Shown: positions 36,107-43,977 of the stretch, piece after piece | How positions within the stretch are numbered: position 1 is the stretch's first letter | Layout of the letters: every line of letters begins with the position of its first letter | Assembly (NCBI GenBank): GCA_963514535.1 | Contig: CAUPUB010000004.1 | Location: forward strand, 1 to 43,977 | Length of the DNA: 43,977 bases | Direction: 5' to 3' | Source: an uncultured Fretibacterium sp. | GTDB taxonomy: Bacteria; Synergistota; Synergistia; Synergistales; Aminobacteriaceae | Program-made: the position numbers and the translations under genes | The notes under the pieces: generated by a model | The model's database searches: none | Told to the model about the DNA's origin: nothing | Seen by the model: only the letters and a program-made list of their open reading frames with translations

Positions 36107-37225
36107 CTATTGGCTGCTTTGCGTTCCTCCGGACCGGGCTCCACCGAGGGCGGTCAGGGTCCTCAGCTGTTCTAGGAGCCCGGAAGCGTTGTCGAGCGAG
36201 ATGGATCCCACCTTCTCGCAAATGCGCTCCAGGTACTCCAGCTCCTTCAGCTTAAAGAGCGTGGCGTTCTCCTCCATGAGCTTTGCAGTGTTCAGCAGGC
36301 TGCGGGTGGAGGCTACCTCCTCGCGCCGGGTAATGACGCTGGCCTGGGCCTTTTTCTCCGCGACCAACACCGTGTTCATAATCTCCCGGACCTCGCCGGG
36401 CAGGATGATGTCCCGGAGCCCCGCCGAGACGAACTCCACGGTCCCGTCGTTGGGCAGGGCCTTTAAGACCAGGGAGCCAAGATCGTGCCTGCGTTCCAGG
36501 AGCTCGTCGAACCTCAGGTGCCCCACCACCTCACGCAGGGCGAGCTGGAGGGCTGTGTAGAGCTGACGCTCGGGGTCCTCCTGTTCCCGATACAGGCGCA
36601 CGGGGTCCAGCACACGGTACTTGCAGACGAAGTTGATGCGAAGGGATACCTTGTCGAGGGTAAGGATCTCCTGTCCTGCGACGTCCACCTGGCGGACGCG
36701 CAGGTCGCAGGATGTCCAGGCGATGTCGTGGCCGTTCTTCCAGAAGAAGTACCGCCCCGGCTCCAGCAGGCGCTCAAAACGTCCGTCCATGTACAGCAGG
36801 GCGACCTCATGGGACTGGACCTCCAGCCGGGTGCAGAGGGAGTCCGGGATGGCCTCCTGGACTGGTAGAGGCAGGACGGCGGCCTCGTCCTCCATAGCTA
36901 CGAGCCTGAACTCGTGGCTCCGGAACACCTTCCAATAGGCGTGTTCCCCCGGCTCCAGCACGCTCACAAAACGTTCGTCCACGAAATGCAGGGCGATGTG
37001 TCCGTCCGGGACATGCACCATCTCCACCTCCCGCACGAAGTTCTTGTCCCGAAGGTAAACTTGCAGCGGGATGTCGGTGTCCAGGGGCCCATCGTTCACG
37101 TCGAGCCGACGGACCTCATCCCCAAGAAAGCGAAACAGCCAGTGTTTGCCCGTCTCCAGCATCCTCACAAAACGACCGTTTCGGAAGAGAAACGCACGCT
37201 CGTTCTCACCGACCGTGATCTTCAT
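36107..37225 (-). CDS. SPFH/Band-7 (stomatin/flotillin-like) domain protein with three N-terminal ~45-aa repeats
   Basis: Three repeats occur in the first ~170 aa (ERAFLFRNGRFVRMLETGKHWLF / HIALHFVDERFVSVLEPGEHAYWKVF / EVALLYMDGRFERLLEPGRYFFWKN). The C-terminal SPFH region has ...VAEKKAQASVITRREEVASTRSLLNTAKLMEE.... RBS is AAGGAGG. Confidence 0.6.
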   Translation of the reverse strand: MKITVGENERAFLFRNGRFVRMLETGKHWLFRFLGDEVRRLDVNDGPLDTDIPLQVYLRDKNFVREVEMVHVPDGHIALHFVDERFVSVLEPGEHAYWKVFRSHEFRLVAMEDEAAVLPLPVQEAIPDSLCTRLEVQSHEVALLYMDGRFERLLEPGRYFFWKNGHDIAWTSCDLRVRQVDVAGQEILTLDKVSLRINFVCKYRVLDPVRLYREQEDPERQLYTALQLALREVVGHLRFDELLERRHDLGSLVLKALPNDGTVEFVSAGLRDIILPGEVREIMNTVLVAEKKAQASVITRREEVASTRSLLNTAKLMEENATLFKLKELEYLERICEKVGSISLDNASGLLEQLRTLTALGGARSGGTQSSQ

Positions 37226-37689
37226 CTTTTCCTCCTTGAAATTCCTGTCGGGACGCTCTTTCTGTCAATTGACGTCCCTGGAAATTGATGAAATACGGCG
37301 TCGCCCCCCTGGATCCGTGGGGCTCCGTTCCGTCCGGGACGCGCCGGGCCGGAGCCGTCCCCATCGGGGAGGCCTGGGCCGCGGCAGGTCCGGGACGGGG
37401 CCTCGGACGCCTCGAGACGGCTCCAGAGGTGTTCGGCAAAAAACTCCGGCCGAACCGGCAAACCGCCGTATCCCATCGTTATATCCCAATATTTGTGTTC
37501 CTTTTGCGCACGGTTCAGCGGAACACCCAGGGGCAGGGCCCGAGGGCGCCGCCGGACTTCTCTGAGGTCCCCCGACGCGCCGGGTATAGTATAGCGGATC
37601 GGGGAAAAAAGTTCATTCGACTCTACAATTTGCCTGTTGCGTTTGACTTGACAATCCAGCCAGGTATTCATGGAGGGCGTTGGAGGCTT
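37226..37689 (-). promoter_or_regulatory. long GC-rich structured intergenic/leader region upstream of the SPFH gene, with -35 TTGACA embedded in a GTCAATTGAC palindrome
   Basis: Perfect palindrome GTCAATTGAC at 37264-37273, flanked by GGGACG/CGTCCC arms (37250-37255 / 37273-37278). There are nested long-range complements (GGAGCCGTC ~37349-37357 with GACGGCTCC ~37419-37427; GAGGCC/GGCCTC) and a direct repeat gtccgggacg x2. No credible ORF. Confidence 0.4.
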
Positions 37690-38181
37690 TCAGTCCACCC
37701 GCGTCCATAATTCCATGATATAGACGATGATGTAAAAAATGATCCTGCATCCAATGATTTTTGTCACCAGAAGAAACGGCAGTTCGCCCTGGTAATTTTC
37801 GAAGGATACGATAATGTGATATACGAACCAAAACAAGCAGGGCAAAGCGAAGAAGAGTCCATCCACGCCCCGCGGGGAGAAGATAGCGTATTGCTCTATA
37901 AAAGTACATGAAAGATAGGTGGCAGGGATCAAAATAAGTCCGACAAAAAAGTATATCCCGCTGCCGCTTAAAAACGGCAACAGAAGGGAGCCGCACAAAG
38001 CGCCAAGAAAACGAACTTTCCTGCGGCGTTTCTCTTCTCTCTCGCGGCGTTCCTCGAAGATAATCAGGTCGGCCATCGAGGCAGCTTGCCTGCTTCCACA
38101 CGGTCGGGTGAAGACAGGCTGTTGATGGTCTGGAAGAAACGGCTCTTTCTCGGGTTTCCTCTTAGGGATCCAGAATCTCAT
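37690..38181 (-). CDS. hypothetical polytopic membrane protein (163 aa) in a low-GC segment
   Basis: The ATG at 38179-38181 is preceded by GGAGG 6 nt upstream, and three hydrophobic segments follow. The track ORF 37690..38553 extends another 124 codons upstream through non-protein-like sequence. An alternative ATG lies at 38215-38217. Confidence 0.5.
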   Translation of the reverse strand: MRFWIPKRKPEKEPFLPDHQQPVFTRPCGSRQAASMADLIIFEERREREEKRRRKVRFLGALCGSLLLPFLSGSGIYFFVGLILIPATYLSCTFIEQYAIFSPRGVDGLFFALPCLFWFVYHIIVSFENYQGELPFLLVTKIIGCRIIFYIIVYIMELWTRVD

Positions 38182-38564
38182 TGTCGACCTCCAGCCAATC
38201 TGGACCGAAAATCGCATTGACCTGCGCCTATCCCCCGAATCCATAGAAAGACAAGGGCCTTGATCCATCGCGGTGTCGTCCTGTCGCTGTATCCGGATAT
38301 CGGCTTTATTATAGCAAAGCGCTGGAATCGGTGCGTTCGAGTGCCCGCAAGTGGAGCTTTTCCCAAAAACCACCCCCTTCGGTGAAGGAGAAGGTATGAA
38401 TCTCCCGGACCTCCAGGTGAATGACTCAAAGATGGGATTGTCCACGATCTTACATGCAGAATAGTAGAAAATGGGATTCGTGGGGAGGGGAGAAAGGCGG
38501 AGGCGGAAAGCTCCAGTGGGTGAGTATAATACGGAACATGACATAAAATCCAAGGAGGTTTGTC

Positions 38565-39227
38565 ATGTTTACCGTTTTCAAGAGATTGTGCGTGTTCCTT
38601 CTGGTTGCTGTGGTCCTTCTCCCTGTTGGGGCGGCGTCCGCCGACGTCCCGCTCCCGGCCCCGCAGAGGTCGGGCGGTTTGGGGGTGTTCGACGCCCTCG
38701 GGAGCCGCGCCTCGGCCGTGGGGGCCGACTTTGCCTCCATGAAGGACGTCTCTCTGGAGAATCTCTCGACGGTCCTGTGGGCGGCGACGGGCCTGAACCG
38801 CGGGGAGAAGGGCTGGACGGTGCCGATGGCCATGGGGATGGAGCCCTACGTCAAGGTCTACGTGGCCCGGTCCGACGGAACCTTCCTGTACGACTGGAGG
38901 GCTCATGCGCTGGAGGAGGTCTCCAAGGAGGATGTCCGGGGACGGGTAGGGAAACAGGATTTCGTCGCAAAGGCGCCCTGCACCCTGATCTTCGTCTCGG
39001 ATTCCGCGGCGCTCTCCAGGAAGTTCAAGGATGATGACGGGGAGGAGTTCGCGGCCGTCGCCGCGGGGGCGATGACTCAGAACGTCTATCTGGTCTCCGG
39101 GGCCTTGGGCATCGGTACGCGCTACATCCGCTCCGCCCGGGACGACGAGATCGAGAGGATTCTGAGCCTGCCCGACGACGACGAGGTCCTGTGTATCATG
39201 CCGATGGGCGTGAGGCCGGGGGCGTAA
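38565..39227 (+). CDS. nitroreductase-family (SagB-like) protein with N-terminal signal peptide
   Basis: A signal-like N-terminus (MFTVFKRLCVFLLVAVVLLPVGAASA) is followed by ...LSTVLWAATGLNRGEKGW...GTFLYDWRAHAL..., which is typical of the nitroreductase fold. RBS AAGGAGG and -10 TATAAT (38524-38529) are present. Confidence 0.55.
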   Translation: MFTVFKRLCVFLLVAVVLLPVGAASADVPLPAPQRSGGLGVFDALGSRASAVGADFASMKDVSLENLSTVLWAATGLNRGEKGWTVPMAMGMEPYVKVYVARSDGTFLYDWRAHALEEVSKEDVRGRVGKQDFVAKAPCTLIFVSDSAALSRKFKDDDGEEFAAVAAGAMTQNVYLVSGALGIGTRYIRSARDDEIERILSLPDDDEVLCIMPMGVRPGA

Positions 39228-39270
39228 GTTCGTTTTTCGCGCGGACGGAGAAAACGGAAACACGGACAGG

Positions 39271-39300
39271 GGAGCCGCCCGGCGGGGGCGGCTCCCTTCG
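39271..39300 (+). terminator. probable terminator after the nitroreductase-like gene
   Basis: gggagccgccc-ggcg-ggggcggctccc is followed only by a weak T tract (ttcgtta). Confidence 0.4.
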
Positions 39301-39426
39301 TTATGAAGGGGCCGGGGTCGAGGACGGGCGCGGCCTATAGTAAAATGGAAAAGCGAATAGGGAAAAGCGAATGACGATGGCGGAGAGGATCTGTGCCCGA
39401 GCACACGAGGAAGAGGAGACGAGACG

Positions 39427-42015
39427 GTGGCCATACCCGACGACATCAAGATGACTCCCTGGCTGAGCCAATACCGACAATGGAAGGCGGAGTATCCCGA
39501 CGCGCTGCTGCTCTTCCGCATGGGGGACTTCTACGAACTGTTCTTCGACGACGCGCGCACCGCCGCGTCGATCTTGGATATTGCCCTGACGGCCCGGGAT
39601 GCCGACAGGAAGATCCCCATGGCGGGCGTGCCGCACCATGCGCTTTCCCTTTACCTGGGGCGGCTCATCAAGGCCGGCTGCCGCGCGGCCATCTGCGAGC
39701 AGATCGGGGAGCCGACGGGCAAGGGCGTCGTGGAGCGGCGCGTGGTGCGCCTCGTGACACCGGGCACCTACGTTCCGGAGGAGAGCGGGGACACGGGGCG
39801 TCTGGCCGCGGTCCTTCCGCTGAAGGACGGCCGCGTCGCGCTGGCACTTCTGTCCGTCGAGACCGGTGGCCTGGAGGCGGGGACCCTGGTGCTCGAGGAG
39901 GCCGCCGCGCTCCTCTCGGCCTTCGCGCCCGGCGAGGTGCTGCATCCCTCGACCCTTCGCTCTCCCCCCGATTTTCTGAAGGGGTACGCGCTCCTGCCCG
40001 CGGCGCCCGAGGTCTTCCGCGCGGGGACGGCGGCGGAGCGTCTGCGTTCGGCCCTGGGAGGGGCGCGCCTCGCATCCTTCGGCATCGGGGACGACGATCC
40101 CTGTGCGGGGCCCGCATGGGCCGTGCTGGACTACCTGTCCGCGACGCAGTTCAGCGCAGTGCGTCACGTGCTGCGCATCACGCCGCTGCGCACCCGTGAC
40201 CGAATGAGCCTGGACGCGGCGGCGCAGCGCAACCTGGAGCTAGTCCCGGAGTTCTCCCAGGGGTCCGTCTCGCTGCTCGCCTGTCTGGATCGCTGCCGGA
40301 CCCCCATGGGGAGGCGCACCCTCAGGGAGTGGCTGCTGCGGCCCCTGATGGATATTCCGGCCATCGAACGGCGTCAGGCCTGCATCAGCGTCCTCGTGGA
40401 GGATCCGACGCGGCTGGGGGACCTCCAGGACGCGCTCGCCGGGGCCCGCGACGCCGAGCGCGCCCTTTCCCGGCTCTCTCTGGGCACAGGGACGCCCCGG
40501 GACCTCGCCGCAATCCGGGATACGTTGCGCCTGTTGCCGCGCCTGCGTTCCTTCTCGTTTCCGGAGCCGCTCGCCGGCCTCTTCGCTGCGCTGCCGGACC
40601 TGGAGCCCCTGCGCGCCCATCTGGACGAGGCGCTGGAGGAGGAGCTGCCCCGCGTCCTGGGGGCGGGGCCGGTCGTGCGCTCCTCCTTCAGTGCGGAGCT
40701 CGCCTCCTGGCGCGACGTCTCGGAGAAGGGTGAGGCGTGGCTCGCGGAGTACCTGGAACGAGAACGGGCGGCGACGGGGAGCCCGCGCCTCAGGTCCGGC
40801 TACAATCGGGCGTTCGGCTACTACCTCGAGATCGGCAGGGCGGGGCTGGAGACGGTGCCGCCGCACTTCGAGCGCCGTCAGACCCTGGTGAACGCCGAGC
40901 GCTTCGTCACCCCGGAGCTGCGGGACTTCCAGGACAGGATGGCGCGCAGCGAGGGCGAGACCGCGCGTATCGAGGGGGAGCTCTATCGGGCTGTCGTCGA
41001 GCGCGTCATCTCCGAGGGGGCGGACATCCAGATGACGGGGCGCCTGCTGGGCATTCTGGACTGCGCCGCATCCTCCGCCCAGGTGGCGCGGGAGCGCGGC
41101 TACGTCCGGCCGACGGTGGACGACTCCATGGCCCTGACCGTCAGGGGCGGCCGCCATCCGGTGCTGGAGGCGACCCTGACGGACGCGACCTTCGTGCCCA
41201 ACGACGTGGTGCTGGGCGGGGATGCGGCGCGCATCGTCATCCTGACGGGACCCAACATGGCGGGCAAGTCCACCTGGCTGCGCATGGCGGCCCTGCTTGC
41301 GGTCATGGCCCAGGCGGGCCTGTGGGTCCCGGCCGAGAGCGCGTCCTTCGGCCTGGTGGACCGCGTCTTCACACGCATCGGGGCCCACGACGACCTGGTC
41401 CGGGGGAACAGCACCTTCATGGTGGAGATGCTGGAGACGGCGGGTATCCTGAACAACGTCACCGACCGCAGCCTGGTGATCCTGGACGAGGTGGGGCGTG
41501 GGACGGCCACATGGGACGGGATGAGCATCGCCTGGGCGGTCCTGGAGTACCTGCACGGCGGCTGCGGTGCGGCCCCGCGGGTGCTGTTCGCCACGCATTG
41601 TCACGAGCTGACCTGTCTGGAGGAGCGGCTGGACGGCGTGCGCAACTGCAGCATGGCGGTGGCCGAGGGGGCGGAGGGCATCGTGTTTCTGCACCAGGTG
41701 GTTCCGCGTCCGGCGGACCGCTCCTACGGCATCGAGGTGGCGCGCCTCGCAGGGCTGCCCAAGCCCGTGCTGAGACGGGCCTTCGAGCTGCTGGAGCTCT
41801 TCGAGCGAGAGGGGTTCGAGCGTTCCTCCATCCCCGAGCCCCTGCCCCAGAACGCGCTGAGGCGTCAGATCCTGCTCTTTTCGCTCGAGACGGACGCTGT
41901 CGTGGAGGAGCTGGCGGAGCTGGACCTCGACAACCTCACGCCGATGCGCGCGATGGAGGTGCTGTACAGCATGAAGGAGAAGAGCATGAGGGCACGAGAT
42001 GGCGCCGCGGATTAG
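39427..42015 (+). CDS. mutS: DNA mismatch repair protein MutS, GTG start
   Basis: ...MTPWLSQYRQWKAEYPDALLLFRMGDFYELFFDDA... (mismatch-binding domain) and Walker A GPNMAGKST. AGGAG lies 9 nt before the GTG at 39427. ATG 39451 is an alternative start. Confidence 0.93.
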   Translation: MAIPDDIKMTPWLSQYRQWKAEYPDALLLFRMGDFYELFFDDARTAASILDIALTARDADRKIPMAGVPHHALSLYLGRLIKAGCRAAICEQIGEPTGKGVVERRVVRLVTPGTYVPEESGDTGRLAAVLPLKDGRVALALLSVETGGLEAGTLVLEEAAALLSAFAPGEVLHPSTLRSPPDFLKGYALLPAAPEVFRAGTAAERLRSALGGARLASFGIGDDDPCAGPAWAVLDYLSATQFSAVRHVLRITPLRTRDRMSLDAAAQRNLELVPEFSQGSVSLLACLDRCRTPMGRRTLREWLLRPLMDIPAIERRQACISVLVEDPTRLGDLQDALAGARDAERALSRLSLGTGTPRDLAAIRDTLRLLPRLRSFSFPEPLAGLFAALPDLEPLRAHLDEALEEELPRVLGAGPVVRSSFSAELASWRDVSEKGEAWLAEYLERERAATGSPRLRSGYNRAFGYYLEIGRAGLETVPPHFERRQTLVNAERFVTPELRDFQDRMARSEGETARIEGELYRAVVERVISEGADIQMTGRLLGILDCAASSAQVARERGYVRPTVDDSMALTVRGGRHPVLEATLTDATFVPNDVVLGGDAARIVILTGPNMAGKSTWLRMAALLAVMAQAGLWVPAESASFGLVDRVFTRIGAHDDLVRGNSTFMVEMLETAGILNNVTDRSLVILDEVGRGTATWDGMSIAWAVLEYLHGGCGAAPRVLFATHCHELTCLEERLDGVRNCSMAVAEGAEGIVFLHQVVPRPADRSYGIEVARLAGLPKPVLRRAFELLELFEREGFERSSIPEPLPQNALRRQILLFSLETDAVVEELAELDLDNLTPMRAMEVLYSMKEKSMRARDGAAD

Positions 42016-43873
42016 GGAGCTTCCGGAGAGCGTGTGGGCGCGCATCGCGGCGGGCGAGGTCGTGGAGCGTCCCGCCTCGGCGGTCAAGGAGATGGTGGAG
42101 AACGCGCTGGATGCCGGCGCGCGCCGCATCCGGGTGCGCCTGTGGGACGGAGGGCGGCTGCGCATCGTCGTCGAGGACGACGGGTGCGGCATCGCCCTCG
42201 ACGACCTTCCCCTGGCCCTGACCCCCCATGCGACGAGCAAGATAGGGGGGATCGAGGATCTGGAGGCCATCCGCACGCTGGGGTATCGCGGGGAGGCGCT
42301 GGCCAGCCTGACGGCCGTCGCCACGGTCGAGATCCGCTCTCGCCCCGAGGATGGAACGGACGGGACGGGCGGGCTGATCCGCGCCTCGGAGGGGCGCGTG
42401 TCGGAGCATACGGCCGTGAACTGCACCGCAGGCACGCGCGTGCAGGTGGACGAGCTCTTCGGAAACCTGCCGGCACGCCGAAAGTTCCTGAAGAGCGCCG
42501 CAGGCGAACTGCGCCGGGCCGCCCTTCTGATGCGGGAGTACGCGATCTGCCGCCCCGACGTGAGCTTCGTCCTGGAGCACGACGGGCGGGAAGTGCTCTC
42601 CACCGATGGTGGCGGGGACCGGCGCCGGGCAATCGAGCGGCTCTGGGGACCGGAGCCCGCGGTCCAGACCGTCCGGTCCGAGGCGGGGCATCTGAGCCTG
42701 GAGTGCTGGTGGCAGCCTCGGCAGGGGCGCAACGACATCGCCGCCTTCGTCAACGGGCGTGCCGTGACGGACCCGGTCGTCAAGGGGGCGGTGAGCGCCG
42801 CCGCGCGTGAGCTGATAGGCAACTGGGCGCTCCTCCTCTCGATCGACCCGTCGCTGGTCGACGTCAACATCCATCCGGCCAAGGCGGAGATTCGGTTCCG
42901 ATACCCGGGCGAGGTCTTCGAGGCCGTCCGGGAGGCGGCCGCCCTCTTGGGGGGCCCCGCGCCCGTGACGGTCCGCGACGGGCGTACCTGGTCCACGGAC
43001 TCCGCGCCGCCCAGCGGTGCGGCCGTCACCCGTGCTGCGGCGATATCGCGGGAGGGGTGGGGGTTCCGGGACGATTTTTCCTCCCCCTCGTCTCCTCGTA
43101 TATCGGAGCGAGCGCGTACATCCGAGCCACGGGGTACGTCCGGATCCTCCTTCGCCTCCCCCTTCTCCCGCATCGAGCCCCCGCCCTTCGGTCCGGAGCC
43201 GGCGAAGGATGCGGCGAGGACGGAGAGCGCGGAACCTCCCGTGGCCGGAACATCGCTTCCGCCCCGCGGTTCGGAGGGGACGAAGGATGCTGCCGTTCCC
43301 GATCCCATTCCCGACTCCGACGTGGTCTTCATGGGCCAGATGGGCTCGGGGTATCTGGTGTTCGACGCGCCGGGCGGGCTTGTCCTCCTGGACCCTCACG
43401 CGGCGCACGAGCGCGTGGGGTACGAGCACATCCGCGCCGCGGCGGGGGAGGGGCGCGTCCAGCCGCTTCTGGTCCCGGTCCCGCTACCCCCGACCCTGGC
43501 CCTGGAGGTGGAGGAGCATCGGGAGGCCCTGGTCCGGTTTGGCTTCGAGCTGGAGGACTGCGACGGTGGAACGCGGCTCCGCTCCGTACCGTCGGTTGGG
43601 GGGGCAGTTGAGCCCGAGGCCCTGCTGAGGGGATCGCTGGGGGCTCTGAAGGAGGATCGGGATGGGGATGCGGTGGAGCTGTTGTGGCGCACCTGGGCGA
43701 CGATGGCCTGCAAGGCGGCGGTGAAGCTGACGACGCGCCTGTCCCGGGAGGAGGCCCTGGTCCTATGGCGGGACCTGCATGCCTGTGCACAGCCGTATTT
43801 CTGCCCGCACGGACGCCCGACGGTCCTCAGGATCAATGCGGCGCAGCTGGTCGGTCACTTCGGCCGGGAGTAG
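41999..43873 (+). CDS. mutL: DNA mismatch repair protein MutL (endonuclease-type)
   Basis: GHKL ATPase motifs (VKEMVENALDAGA, DDGCGI, GYRGEALASL) are present. The C-terminal domain has LDPHAAHERVGYE (the DQHA(x)2E(x)4E-like endonuclease motif), ACR and CPHGRP. It overlaps mutS by 17 nt. Confidence 0.93.
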   Translation: MAPRIRELPESVWARIAAGEVVERPASAVKEMVENALDAGARRIRVRLWDGGRLRIVVEDDGCGIALDDLPLALTPHATSKIGGIEDLEAIRTLGYRGEALASLTAVATVEIRSRPEDGTDGTGGLIRASEGRVSEHTAVNCTAGTRVQVDELFGNLPARRKFLKSAAGELRRAALLMREYAICRPDVSFVLEHDGREVLSTDGGGDRRRAIERLWGPEPAVQTVRSEAGHLSLECWWQPRQGRNDIAAFVNGRAVTDPVVKGAVSAAARELIGNWALLLSIDPSLVDVNIHPAKAEIRFRYPGEVFEAVREAAALLGGPAPVTVRDGRTWSTDSAPPSGAAVTRAAAISREGWGFRDDFSSPSSPRISERARTSEPRGTSGSSFASPFSRIEPPPFGPEPAKDAARTESAEPPVAGTSLPPRGSEGTKDAAVPDPIPDSDVVFMGQMGSGYLVFDAPGGLVLLDPHAAHERVGYEHIRAAAGEGRVQPLLVPVPLPPTLALEVEEHREALVRFGFELEDCDGGTRLRSVPSVGGAVEPEALLRGSLGALKEDRDGDAVELLWRTWATMACKAAVKLTTRLSREEALVLWRDLHACAQPYFCPHGRPTVLRINAAQLVGHFGRE

Positions 43874-43977
43874 CGTCCGCCCGAATGGGGCCCGTAAAGT
43901 ACGAGCCGTGTCATTTTCAAGGATGGGGCAACGCTTCTGGAGTTTCACCGTTTGCCTGAGGAGTAGGAACCGGCTGT

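Noticed and set aside
37222-37710. Two overlapping ORFs (149 aa minus, 141 aa plus) in the SPFH upstream region
   Set aside because: Both have non-protein-like composition (R/G/P runs) and no RBS. The region is better explained as structured non-coding DNA.
37690-38553. Full 287-aa extent of the track ORF for the membrane protein
   Set aside because: The N-terminal 124 codons are Ser/Pro/Arg-rich and non-hydrophobic with no SD. An internal ATG with a perfect GGAGG gives a coherent 163-aa membrane protein.
40240-43332. 1030-aa minus-strand ORF
   Set aside because: Antisense to mutS and mutL, both of which have textbook motifs on the plus strand. The composition is junk-like.

Overview
High-GC (roughly 65%) bacterial chromosomal segment that is dominated by housekeeping genes. 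The anticodon of each tRNA was read directly from the sequence. No CRISPR array, integrase or complete mobile element was found. The following genes and elements are present, from left to right:

- 3' end of serC on the minus strand.
- A small decayed accessory patch: an Rpn/YhgA-like PD-(D/E)XK nuclease-transposase, an orphan ORF, and a 5'-truncated AlbA_2/HATPase_c_4-family gene fragment that abuts tRNA-Pro(GGG).
- tkt and queH.
- The tufB-type cluster tuf-rpmG-tRNA-Trp(CCA)-secE-nusG-rplK-rplA-(L10 leader)-rplJ-rplL. It ends in a strong intrinsic terminator and is not followed by rpoBC.
- A membrane-anchored coiled-coil protein and an orphan CheY-like receiver.
- lepA-hemW.
- selC (tRNA-Sec, UCA anticodon) on the minus strand.
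- A minus-strand cluster of hypothetical (193 aa), UPF0104 flippase-like, ICMT-like methyltransferase and hypothetical (233 aa) genes.
- An unusually long, repeat-containing fliD.
- mazG and a biotin-less carboxyltransferase.
- The conserved phoH-pgpH-ybeY-corC-cdd-era-recO block.
- glyQ-glyS.
- A repeat-containing SPFH protein on the minus strand, with a 464-bp structured leader.
- A low-GC membrane protein and a secreted nitroreductase-like protein.
- mutS-mutL.

Most long minus-strand ORFs in the supplied track are antisense artefacts of the high-GC coding strand and were rejected. Non-ATG starts (TTG or GTG) are inferred for glyQ, ybeY, the flippase gene, hemW, mutS and mazG.

The most interesting unexplained material is listed below:

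- The minus-strand flippase/ICMT/two-unknowns cluster next to selC.
- The 4-repeat FliD.
- The tRNA-Pro-adjacent decayed patch.
- The palindromic structured region upstream of the SPFH gene.
- A candidate attenuator in the tkt leader.
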